DNA of 64,000 bases from Podarcis vaucheri (Eukaryota), in NCBI GenBank assembly GCA_965113315.1, contig OZ220368.1. The stretch is one strand, 5' to 3'. The stretch's first letter is position 1. Every line of letters starts with the position of its first letter. A program made the translations under genes and the position numbers. The notes beneath the pieces are model-generated. The model worked only from the letters and a program-made list of their open reading frames with translations. It had not been told where the DNA came from and did not search any database. This document shows positions 12,501 through 25,300 of the stretch, piece by piece.

Positions 12501-15500
12501 GGGGCTCCTTTCCCTGCTCCCCTTTTCTGTTCATTAGGTGAACGTCTTTCAAGTTAAGTTTTCTAGTAGGACTATAGACATGAATAATGCAAAGGAAATA
12601 GCTCCGACTAAAGTGCCTGGATAAAACTGGGATTATACATAATGCAGAGTTCAGTATTAGCAACTTGCTAAAGGGACTCCAGAGAGAGATTGAGATCAAG
12701 TCTCCTCTGTCATTGTTGGCAGAACACAAGTCCTAGGCAAGAAGGACATTTGTAATGGGAACTTCAGCAAGGAGAGGTTTGCAAAGACCTGGTATGGATG
12801 AGTCAAATAAAGGCGGCTTGGAAAGTGACACACCAAGGACTTTTTAAACACTGAAAAGAAGTTTGAGAAAGAGGCTAAAGAATGTTGCATTGTCTGCTAT
12901 ATGGCTAAACTAATCAAGCTGAGGCTATTGTTCTTTCTCTAGGCTGCTCTGTGCCTTTTCTACATAAAATTTAAACCTGAATTAAATACTAATTTATATA
13001 ATCTGAGGACATACATAGCACCTATTCAATTGACGGTGACAGCTTGTTTATACAGGACTATTCCCATGCAATTGAAATTTTCAGTAGAATTGCTTGCCTT
13101 AAACCAGCCAGCATTCACCTTCTCCCATCGTCCAAGCCCATCACACCACCTGCTGGGTTCCAGAGCAAACGGACAGCTCCAAGGTTTCAATTACATTAAA
13201 CAGGATATGTATGTACATATGTATATAGTTATACAAAGAGAAACAAGCACCTTAGATCTGCACAGGCCAATTGGCTGGAATCTCTTGCAGTACGGTTAAC
13301 ATGGATCTATCCTTGAGAAAATTTATACATACATATTTGAATGGTCGAGTTGCCCTGCAAGCTGGCCATTAAAAGGAAGGCGGGGGCGAGGGTGGGAGTT
13401 GTACCAAGCCATGATCCCTGGATACAATTCCCATAACTTACAGATGCCATGTGGATGACAATGGTATCTTTCTCAAGCTTTACATAATGTGATAGCACAC
13501 TCCTGATATTGATAAAGGCTGAATGGCTGGGTTGTGCTTGGTGCCATCTGCAAAAAGGTTGGGTAGGAAGGTTCTTTTGGAATGCCTGCTAGGGATCACA
13601 ATGGGACCCAGAGCCTTGTGCACATGGTAATTTTTTTTCAGCTGAATGCCCAGAGCAAATGTGGTGAGGACCCAAACCTGGATGCATCTGAAATCCTTGA
13701 GTTTCCTGGATTGGGAATTCCCAATGTCTTTTTGCCAAGTGCTGAAGATGGCCAGGTAGATTTAAATCCATGACCTCTGTTGTAGTGGAATGTCTATTTA
13801 TAACCCTGTGCAATAGGATGGGAGAATGTCCAAACCACATCAAGAGAGAAATGGGAGGTGTGAAACAGGGAGCCTGTAAGGAAGGGACCTGCAAAATGCT
13901 AAAGGTAGGGATGAACATCCTAGTGTGAGGGGGAGCCTTTCCATATCCACTTCCCAACTGCAGAGAGGAAATGAAGTGGGGCTGCTTCAATACTTAGGCT
14001 GCACCTCTGCAGATGCAGTAAACTGGGTGCTCACCACTGTGAGGTGTGAGCAAGGGGGAGATGCTATTCCCTTTAAGATGAGGTGGGGTGGGCAAATCCC
14101 TTGCCAGAGGGTGGAGGAGGGTGCTTGCCCCAGCAAAGGCAATGGGAGCAGGAAGCTGGGATTGAATGCCACTGGTGGCTCAGCTACCTCCTCATATTAG
14201 GCAGAAGCTGTTGGATTGAGAGTAGCCAAGCTATCACCCTTACTGCTTCTCTCCCATTGCCTCTCATCCCTCATGGGAGGGAGGGAGGTAGAGGAAAAGA
14301 AGCCATTTTCTTCCAAATCGGTTTTGGGGGTTAGAAGAGGCTTCTTGTCTAAAACCCAAGATCCTGGAGACTCCTCCTTTGATGGAAAAGCCAGTAACCT
14401 TTCTGTTTGGTAATGTAAATTTGGTCGGTTCTAGCCTGATTTGGAAACGAAATAGTCCTTTTCCTGGCTTCTTTCCTATCTCTCAAAGAGAAATTTAGAT
14501 TCTAACAGAAGTGACTGCCTTGGCCCTGGACCCTGCTAATACGTAAACATGGCTGTGATCTTCTGAAGTCATTTGGCTAGCTAGACCCATTTGACTCTGA
14601 AGTGAGTGGAACACTTAGCCTAGTCTTATACCCAAGAAACCAAAGTCTCCATTGGTTGCGGACTAACCATCTGTAGTGGTATGTAAGTAAGCAGGGACAG
14701 AAGGGTGGTTTTCTTCATGTCATCTAGGTGTCTTGGGATGAAAGACACCTGCCATACTATTTACTGAGCTGACCACCTAAAGGCATTCCAAACAGCAAGC
14801 ACTGTGACTGATGGGACCAGAAACAAGCTCAGCAAAGAAGTGGTTAAGTGTGACCTCCACCTTCTCTTCCTGGGCTTCTTGTGCTGAAGGCAGGAGATAT
14901 TAAATGTGGGCTGGGTTTAGAAGGCCACAACAGGCTTGGTCTGTGGCAAGATCCACCAGTTCATGGCTAGGGGCTCCCCTTCCTTGAAATTGTGACAATT
15001 AAGGCAGTTTCAGCACCATGGGCAACTCCAGTCTCATCATTCAAGCTGCATTTTTGCTCAGATCAGCACAGTGTGACAGCAGCACAACTTCAATTCAAAA
15101 GCACAAGAGCCTTTCCCCAACAGAGCACCCCCCTCTTTGCCTTGGATGAAAACCCACCCATCCTTGTGATAAGATCATACAGTGCTCTGTACTGCTCATA
15201 AGGCTCCCCCACCTTCCCCTGCTTGTGCATAAGGTCACTGAGGAAGATACAACTGGAGAATGAATGCTTGTCTATACTGAACCACTTCTCCTTGCTACTT
15301 TTTCCATCCCCTATTCAGATTGGGGAGGGGAGAGATTTTAGCAGCAAATGGGCAAGCTCCTAGAAGACTCCCTTGGCCACACCAGTAGAATACATTCTGC
15401 TTGAAAGAAAAGACAGAGAGACCTCAAAAAGGTCAGGAGACTAGATCAAAGCCTGTTTGCAATAACGGCAGAGACAATTAACACTAACCCCAGAAAAACC

Positions 15501-18500
15501 CCTGTTAAATTTGTTGTGCATTCATACAACATTTGAGTACAACACCACTACTCCCTGCTGTTTTGTTCGCCATGAAAACCCAGCTGAAACAACACAATAT
15601 GAGGCAGCTGCTAGAAGGTGTGTGTGTGTGTGTACGCATGTGTGTAAACTTGGGTTGGGTGAGAAGAACAGTGTCTGCAATGAAGAAACAGAAAGCCAGG
15701 AATGTCGCTTTTGTATATTACACAGTCCTACTTTATGCCAAGCAATTTGTCATTTAGTTCTTTTGGCTCAAAGAAAAGTGCTGCAAAATCTTCCATTGAG
15801 TTCTGCACTTAATTTCTTCACCACTTGTAATTAATTACTACGGTGCTGGCCAAACTTTTTGGCAATTGTGCAACAAACTCAAATGCAAAATTTGAGAGAG
15901 GAAGCACCATTCTAGTCGATTCTCTGTCTCTGTCTGTCTCTCTCCAGTCTTCCTGCAGCCACTGGTTCCTTATGTTTGCTTTTGGCTCTCAGCTGCTGAG
16001 CCAAGGAGCAGGCAGTACTGGCGAGGCAAGACAACCTGCAAGCCTGATTCAGCCACAGCTGGGCCCAAAGGCATTTTGTCTTCTTTGCCAAGCATGTCAG
16101 AGCATACCTGCTGCTTGTGCCACTTGTACCTTCACTGCAGGCTGACTATACATTAATGACATCCTAGATGCGGATGATAAACCCATTCTCCTAGTGTGGA
16201 TTCTTATGTAGCCAAAACGGCCCCATTCAAGCAAGAGATAGAGGGATCCACCCATACGATGGAGGGAACCCCAATGTTTGAAGTACAAAAAATATTTTAA
16301 GAGAGGAAAAATGTCCACTGAGGAATGAGGATGCTCAGTGGGCACCAAATGCTGACTGTTGTGGGAGAGAAGAATTAAAAACTGAGGGAGAGGGAATGAG
16401 AACTCCACACTGCAACATTTTGTTGCAGGATTCCATAATAGTTACACAAGGAAAACAAATGAGCATTGACTTCAGGAGGCTCATTCTGGCAAAAATTGGG
16501 CAGGGGGACTAAAATTATATACATTCTGTACAATGACTCAGCAAGTGCAGGACGTGGCACATAATCTAGAGTCCTAAGAATCTTCATTCTCACTTTTAGA
16601 AAGCACAATTTCTAGACCTCAAGATTGCAGTGGAAATACTGAAAATATGGGAATTCTCACTCAAATGTCTGCAAGTGGCAGCAGCTCCATTAGGCTGCAG
16701 AGCAGAGGGTGAGAAGCAAAACAAGACTATCCCATCACCTCTCCTGGGAGACCAGCTGCCTCCGGCCATCCTTTAGCCATTACTCAGTCAGGCTGCCAGA
16801 ACTCTTTCCTATTCTAGCTGGTAGCTATAAAAGAACTATAACTTTAAGAACTGGTGCTTGAGTTTGCCTACTTTCCTCTTCTACCCCATCCCCTTTTCCT
16901 TGTGTGTTACATCTCTTCCAGTTGCAAGCCTGGGGGCAGGGACTGTGTAAGTACTGGTTTTTGTAAGTTGCCCTGGAAGCTCCCTTTAGGCTAAGGAGCA
17001 GGATAAAAATGCTATTAAATAAATGCTAAGAATCACATGGGACTAAGTAGGACCTTGAGTGATATCAGCTGCGATCCTTGAGGTATTTGGCACAGTGTAT
17101 CTATCCATGAATCCTGTTATTAATCATTTAGCATAAAATAAACCCTAGTGGCTTCTGCATCATAAGAAGAGTGAGGAGCTGATGGTTAGATCAGCATATT
17201 AGTAAAACTAAACACTAGATAGGAAGTGAATACTGCATAGAGTAAAGCCTATTAGTTTATATCAGGAGAGCTGAAATCCTGTTCCCTGCATTGTGCTGTA
17301 TATATTCTGCTGCACTATGAAATGAACTCCTACAATACTTGAGTTGAAAAAGCCAGGACCTGTGTTATGGAGAAACTAACAATTATTTGGCTTCTGGCTA
17401 AGTGATGTAATTCCAACCTTCTCTAAAAAAAAAAAAAAAAAAATGCCATGGAAACTAGATTCAGACGTCCCCCCTTATTTTATCCAAGCCACAGGTTTCT
17501 AAAACTGGTGTCTGAATTGGTAAGATGGTAACTGCTGCTTATGTTGGCTTTGCACTGCTAACTTTGCTTTTAAACTGGCCCTTCAGGAAAACTAGTTGTT
17601 GATCAGGGCCAAGGAGGTTGAGGAGCTCATGAAACATGTCGTGAACTTTGCTCTCAGAGAGGGCTTTGTGACTCCCCACCCCCAATAGAAAATGCACGTA
17701 AACTCACCTAAGGGAAGTCACATTCTAGAACCAAAAGGCAAAAGGGCGTGGCAGTTGTATACGTCTAATCCAACTATCTCCACCTGTATAGGAAAGTAGA
17801 TCTAACCTAAATCAGAGCACTACTTTGTACTGGTTAAGGCAGCTGACAGCACCAGGGTGGAAGTAGATCTCTGCTTGATTTGGGTCACTTCGTGGATGGC
17901 TCCTTGTTTGGAAATCAAGCAAGCGACACCCTAAAACTGAACATTTAAGAGTGCTACATTTTCACTCTCTTGAAAGTTATCTACCCCCTCCTCCCTTTCT
18001 CTCTGCAAGGTGAGCAGAGGAAAGGTCAGTATTTGGGCAAAGTTGGGAGACATCTTTAGCTCTGGAGGCATTTGATGGTTTTGCTGCGCAAGTGAGGACC
18101 ACAGCAGAGCATCCTCTGCCCCGCTGCTCTTTCTTTGGTCCCAGTCTGGTAGGCCTCTTGTGCTTTCAGGAATGGAATGATAAAAGAAGGGGACAGGAAG
18201 GGGAGCCCATCCAGCAGGTTGTGCATCTTTGAGAAGGCTGTGCTGCTGATTCAACCCTGTGTGCATCTGATGCAAGCTGCAAGGACCCACAGGCGAGTTT
18301 GGTTACTGGAGGTCATCCAGTCAGCACCAATTTCAGTTTGGAGGGACCACTGTGATGGAATTTACAGAGTGGTAGAACAGAGAAAAGGTGAACTGAACAA
18401 AAACCAAAACAAAACAAACAAAAAAACCCTCTAAGAAACCAAGTGGCTCCTCCCTGCGAAACTAGTACCAGGTGATTAAAAACCGAAACAGAATTCCTAG

Positions 18501-18573
18501 AACCAAAAAAACCCCAAAAAGGAATGGCCCAGCTTAACCAAAATAAAATAAAAGGGGGAAAAACAATGCAGAG

Positions 18574-18579
18574 TTTATT
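18574..18579 (-). terminator. Proximal poly(A) signal AATAAA
   Basis: About 665 nt after the stop, followed by U/GU-rich downstream sequence. Confidence 0.55.
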
Positions 18580-19242
18580 GGAAGTCTGAATGTAAAAGGA
18601 CGATCATGCAGATTAAATAAGGAGGGTACAAAGACAGAGTTAACAGTCCTAGGCCTTTGCCTATGTTTGTTGTGGTAGGGAAGCATCCGGAGGGGAAACA
18701 GTTACGGCAACAGCTGGATTGCTGCAGCGGCGACTCTTCTACTCAGATACTTCCAGGTTCCTTTCTGGGTTTTTGCTTTTCTTTACTTTTTTTTTAAAAA
18801 AAGATCCTCATGTTAGGGAACCACAAACTTGTCTGTTGCCCTGCCCGCTGGCATTGCCCTGCAAACAATGCAGTGGCCAGTTCCACAAGGTCTCGAGTCT
18901 TTACCCTACCCAGGAACTCCGATGCTGGGAACCCTGGATCCGAGGGATTTAGTAATGTCCCACCACCACCACCCACCCAGCCATACTGCAAAGCCCAGGA
19001 GTTTATGATAGAGGCAAAAAGCCTAAGAATAAAAATCATCATTCTCCTACCACCAAACTCATTGGGGGGTGGGGGAGCAGTATCTTGCAGCGGAGGGTCA
19101 AGCGGCCTCCTCCATCGTCCATCTGTGGTGTTCTGTTCCAAACCACAGGTTCCAGATACAAAAGAAAACAAAGAAGAACGAGGAGCGAAGGCAGCCGAGA
19201 CCAGCTCACTCCAGTCTCCGTCCCATCCTGATCCAGTCACCT

Positions 19243-19335
19243 TTAGAGTGTTGACTGCACATTGGGGTCCAGGGTTTCTCGGTCGGGAGACTCAATATAG
19301 TTGGCTGCTTCCTGGAGCTTCAGCAACATCGCCAT
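19243..19335 (-). CDS. NAV1: NAV1 last coding exon MAMLLKLQEAANYIESPDRETLDPNVQSTL*
   Basis: atgcag|ATG GCG ... CTC TAA. Confidence 0.95.
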   Translation of the reverse strand: MAMLLKLQEAANYIESPDRETLDPNVQSTL

Positions 19336-22300
19336 CTGCATGGGAGAAAAAAGCAAGAAGCTAAAGTATCCCCAAGGTTTTTAAAAAGGAACATAGAAAG
19401 CTGTTGTGTATATTTTTAGGAACCACTGTGTTTTAATGATTGCCCGTTGTTTTAAACTGTTTTTAATATTGTGCTTTAATGTTGTAATTTTCCCTGGGAC
19501 CTTAGGGCGAATGGCAGGTAATGGCACCATAATAAAATATGGTGGTGGTAATAATGATGATAATGATGAATTCAGATCCATTTAGCTCAGTACTATCTAC
19601 AGAGAGGGGTCCTTCCCAGCCCTACCTCAAGACACCAGGGATTGAGATTGGGACCTTCTGCTCTACTGCTGAGTAATGACCTTTCCCCCTTTTATACACA
19701 TAGCTCTGCAAAAGCAGTGCAGTCTGCGCCTGAGAACAAGCTACCCCATACCCTGGTTGAGCACTCCAGAGGAATATGGAAAGAATAATTGGGGATCAGG
19801 ATTCCAAGGTAGTAAACCCAGATAAAAACTTATCATCTGTGTTCCAGTTAAGATGAGATGTTCTGCCCAAGGCAGAAGACAATGGTTCAGATGTCCTGCT
19901 ACATACAGGAGGTCAGACACAACTTGCTATGGTTATTTAAAGGTGCACTGCTTACAGAGAAAAATGTGTTGTTTACAGTTTCACGCTGTTACCCTGTACT
20001 CACTCAACCTAGGAGTCAGTCTGATGGGCCAGTATCCAACTGATGAGTTCCATCATTTCAAATGGAACCCACCGTTCCATCCTGGATGCTCCCCAAATCT
20101 GCTCCAGAGGATTGAGGAAACTCCTAAAACACATTTAGGAGGTACACAGGCAAAGCTTTCATTGCGTTGATGGAACACATTAGTTGGATACTGCCCATGG
20201 AATCTAATGGGCCTTACTTCTGAGTAGATTGTGAGTAGATAACCATGTTCAACTTCATAATGTGAGAGGGCTTTGATGGTTATCCCCAGAGGGTGGGGAC
20301 TATGCTTAAAAGAAAGAACACATCTAATGAATTAAAGCCAATTAGGGGTGGGTGGGATGAGTCATAGCTGCAACCTCCACAAATCAGTTACATACTCTCA
20401 TTTTATTTACTTTGCAAATTTGTATGCTGTCCTTCAGTAAGCATTGCCAGGATAGTTAACAAGCTACGAACAACAAAACCATTAAAACAAATCAATAAGT
20501 AAAGAATAGCATAAAATAACAGCAATAAAGGCAGATACTGGAGGCTCATCAGATGTTAAATGCTTGAGGACGTAAAAGGATATTTGCCTGGCACCAAAAA
20601 GCACATTAACATAGGTGCCTGGCAAGCCTCCCTGGAGAAAGAAGCCCATAAAACTGCATATGCCTTCCAAGACAGAACTTGGCCTTCAGAAGACAGACCA
20701 GCCAGAGATGTTACGAGAGAATGTACTAGCTAACACAGTCCAAACCCAAACTAAGCCTCTCCCCTATTATCAGTCTGTTGGAGTAACTAGGCATGGGAAG
20801 GGGATAATTTTCTTCATGAGTGTAAGTCACCCCATCGATTAACTAATCGCAAGTATAAGGTCAGCCAAGCCAGTTGCTATGTTAACGGCCCCGATGACCC
20901 AACTATATCTGTGATTAATGCATGTCAACTTAGTAGTATTTGTTAGTCTGCAGTTAAGACTGTCTTTGAGTCATCAGTCTGTTGGAGTCACTTGTCCTGT
21001 TCTGAACTGCTGAAGTTTATTTGGAGCAATGGACACACTTTATACATGTATGAATCTGTATATATCTGTATCTGCAAAAGCCTACAACCTGTATATATCT
21101 ATGTCCAGAACTGTTTTACTGAGCCTTATCTTCTGCAACAGTAAATTATTTGTATCTTAAGCTGCTTCTGTGTGCAGCAACTTTCACTGCATGGATATCT
21201 CACCTTAGATTCCCAACATAGCCCATCCTAGATTTCCTACACATAGCTGCACCAATATCCCTCAGTACGAAGCTGCTAGGAATATGGTTCCCAAGTTGTA
21301 GATTTCAAGACTACTCATATACTACACAGCGGTTTTCCTCATGACTCACAAAGGAATATATGCTGTCACTGCTGCATTGTGTACGTGCACCAGCAAAGCT
21401 AAAAACTATCCCATGTAGCTATTTCATTCAGTATGTAGAGGCAGCTTCTTTCTCTGGTTTACACTTATCATGCCATCCTGTGGCCACTTCCTTGCAGTGC
21501 TGCCCAGCACAGTCATTTTAAGGCTCTTCTATCTTGTGAAGGGTGTTTATGCTTGCTAAAGAGGTCACCAATGCTGCATTGGTAACCTACAGAGGTCGCC
21601 AATGCACTGCAGAGAAGAGTTTTTATTCCGTTACAATACAATTGTCCCAGTGGATTTTGCTGGACACACAGTGAGACACATTGGACATGCTGGATGCACA
21701 GTGAGATGGGAAGACTTGCTGCAGGTCAGCTGATGAAACCTAGAATGGGCTCTGGTGTTCCCAGTACATTTGAAGCTTCCAATACACCCACCCCTCTGGG
21801 TATATGAGAAATTATATAAGCCAGTGGAGGGGTTAACTCAACACTGCTCAGCCAGACTTCTGAGATTGGAGAAAGAACACCAAGGACTAGTTTCAATGTA
21901 TGCAACTCATACATATGATAAATCTATCCTGGCTCCCGATGGATCTTATCAAGGGAAGGCCTAGAGATTGCTATGCTTGGTTGAGGGAGGGCAGGGAGAA
22001 TGCATATTCCTTAGTTGGGCAGAAAACCTGGCTTGTTTATGCCTCAAAAACTATACTGCAAAAAACACAATGCACTGAATTATTTGATGGGGTCCTACAA
22101 ACATAAAAAGCAAGGGAAATCCTTTTGCAAGGCGGGGCAATGTCCTGATTAGTAGGAACATACAGTTCTACAGAACAGTGTTCAAAAGCTAAGTAGGGGA
22201 GATTTCCAAGTGAGAAGGGGAGATTCACTGCTTTTTTACTTCCCCCTAAAGGCAAACTGGCACAGGAGTGTTGTTTCATAGTCATTGGAAAGCTGTCATA

Positions 22301-25300
22301 TGGTACTTGTTTGGCTAAGCCCCTAACCCTCAGGAAACGCAGCCAACTGTAGGATCCAGCAACCTCTGGTGTCAAGGAACTGTACTCCAGTAACCAAGGT
22401 GCCTGCCACAACTGTTGTGACAAAGCAATGGTTGGCAAGGTATGCCATGTCACAGAAAGAGTTTAGCCACTCATCCAACAGATGGATTGTGGTCCCAACT
22501 TAATTCCCTCGTGCCAAAGAGAGCCAGCCTTCAAAAGCCTCTTGTTTGGCAGCAGTCCCCCTTTGCAGCCTGAAGACATACCAAGGGGTCTGATTCCAGA
22601 GAGTTGGGGGTAGTATCCTTGCCACTCCGCTCCTCTGGGGGTGAGACAGTGCTGTGGGGCCCCACACTGGGTGGGGGAAGGTGATAGAGCTTTGACTGGT
22701 CTTGTTGGGCCGATGGCCATGGCAACGTGTCTCGCACCCATTCCACAGGATCTTCCCAGGCAGCTTTCTGCCCATGCACCTGCAATGGGGATAGGCACAA
22801 AAGAATACTGAGAAACAAGCCACATATACATGCACTTTCCCCCCATCTTTTGGGTGGGTGGAAGCTCAGAGTGCATTCAAGCAGGAGCTGGGTGACATCT
22901 GAAGAAACAGCTTTGTTGCAAGATACTTGATGATGGACGATTTCGAGCAGAGCAGCTTCTAACTAAGCAATCCACCCATGCAAATGGGTGCAGGGCACAG
23001 TCACCATTACTAGTGAGGATGTGGGTGTGGGTAAATGTACCTTAATCCCATCCTTTGCTCCCTCCTGAAGGTAGGGGATGATGGAATTGTTCCACAGATC
23101 AATGAACCAGGTCCGGAAATCCTCAATACCAATGGGGCATGACAAGAAGAAACAGGGACCTGGTAAGGAAAAGGAAAATGGGGAGCATGAGCTAGTAGCC
23201 CACAAAAGAACACCAATCCCATGCAATGTTCTTTGCCTCAGAGGATTACTGTTATGCCAGATACAGTAAGTCAGTGAAGTGTATTGGATCGGTTGCTAGA
23301 CTTGCACCAGTAGGTTTACTGGTCCGGTTCAAGTCACTATATCTTAGTCTAGCAAACTTAATCAGAAGACTGTGAGGACAACCTCATCTCTGCCACACTG
23401 AGCTGTGTGTAGGAAAAGCAGGATACCAATTCAATACATCAGTACATTCCCTAATTGCTGTCACTTTCCAGGGGTTAATCAAACAAGGCTCTGAAGCAGA
23501 CAGAGGAACCAACAACCCAAAAGGAATGACTAAACTACTGAACAATCCGTACCTTGGATCTGATCTGCATCTGAAATACTGAAGAGAACTTCTGGTATTT
23601 GGCTGTTAAACATGTAGCAGAAAGCAGGGCTTAATTGGAGCCAGAAAATTAAAACCATTAAACTGAAGAGGAAGCTGCCTACTTCCTAAATTTTGACTCC
23701 TACCTTTATCAAACGGGTGGAACCACAGTCCAGCCAGTGGTCCTATGCTGACATAAGGAAATCAAGCAATTATTCTGCAATGGCAAAATTGAACTAAGAA
23801 TTGAGAGTGCCTCTGAGTATATACAGACTCTCCCACTCAATGGTGGGAGAAAAGCAAACACCTAATTTACTAGGAATAAATGGCAAGCACGCCAAAAGAC
23901 AGGTTGTAGCTTTCATGCAGCCTTGAGCCCTGGAATCCCTCCATTAGTTGACCAACAACAACATTCAACATCCCTCCCCTGTTTCCTGAATGGCAATCCT
24001 TGTTCCTGACAGTATCTCCAGCCAGCATAGCTCAATCCACCACTTACCAATGAGGAAGTCAGAGGTGCTGTGTTTCTCCAGGAAGGTGTGCAAATGGTAC
24101 CAGAGCTTGGGCACCCAGTCCAGCACACGCAGCAACTCCTCCCGGTTGGCATTGACATCGCTGTCGGACTCAAGCAACTTCCGGCGTAGATAGCGCACCA
24201 GGAAGCCATTGGCTGGCTCCACGTTATTAGAGAATGTCAGCATCCTGTAGCATTAAGATGACAGGTTAGTAATGATAGGGATTATATATAGTCCTTCCCA
24301 TAGCAGAATAACAGCTTCTGGAACTGTCAGGTGAGAACAGAGGAGATGCTATTTCAAAGCCCAGCACAATCCTGCCTCCTCCATTGGGATCATCACTGCT
24401 GCCCTTACCTGAAGCTGAGATGAAGGCCATGATTTGGAGTCATCTTCACAGGCTGGTTGGTTGTCCCGATGATATAGGGGCTGGTGGGAGAGAGAACAGC
24501 AGCTCTATCAGAGATGATTGTATCCTAACAGGGGGAATGTCTGGAAGCTGTTTACTCTGTCACTCCCCAGCTCTCAACATAGTGCCTGCCTCACATCCAG
24601 AAGTGGTTTTGACTATGACTAACAAAATGTCTCTTGCTCATATCAATTCCCCCCCACCCCCCACTCTGTAAGAGACAGTAGAACAGAGCTACGGGGGGGG
24701 GGGGAGTTAAATGGAGGGAAGTTTTGCTAATAAGAACAAGGGCTGTGCTGAGATTCAGGCATGTGCCAAAAGCTGATATGATGACAGTCCTATATTTAGG
24801 ATATTAAGAACATAAGAAGAGCTCTGCTGAATCAGCTCATCCAGCCTAGAATTCTGCAAGCTTCCTGCAGTATGCACTTTTCCTACAAAGGTGGAATATA
24901 AAAATCTGAATGTGTAATAAAACTTGGCTGTGCCCTTAATATCATCTGAAGCTTTTTCCCTGGCCCAGAAATTCTTGGTAATGGGGTACACACTTCTCTC
25001 TGGCCAAAGAAAAGATGGGCTCATAGCAGAGTACTGCTCAGCCTTTTCTGGCAAGGCCACTTTCCACCCATGCACAGTACAATGCAGACATGGCCACCTT
25101 GGTCTTGGAATGGTTTTGCTCTTAACTGAGCTGGAGAGCAGCAACACAAGAATGCTGGAAAGGCAGGCTCAGTAACCTGCAGGGATGCTACGGCTAAAAT
25201 CCATATCACTCAAATGAATTTTGTCTTATTCACTGTGAATTCGCTGCCTTCCAGGGACCAAATCAAGAGCTTGAAGGTATGTAATATTTGAAAGCTAAAC

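Larger units (their letters stand above)
7040..19242 (-). other. NAV1: Probable NAV1 3' UTR (distal end uncertain, up to about 12 kb)
   Basis: Follows the stop codon. U-rich blocks with UGUA/Pumilio and miRNA-seed motifs on the minus strand at about 7.1-7.5, 10.7-11.7 and 15.7-15.9 kb end in a poly(A)-signal cluster. Confidence 0.5.

Noticed and set aside
19237-19245. Stop-codon readthrough of NAV1
   Set aside because: TAA AGG TGA: no readthrough context and a second stop follows immediately
18810-19364. 184-aa plus-strand ORF
   Set aside because: Antisense to the NAV1 last exon and UTR, low-complexity, no recognisable homology
21731-21951. TG...CA bounded segment with a TATA-like motif, possible LTR
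   Set aside because: No target-site duplication or poly(A) signal
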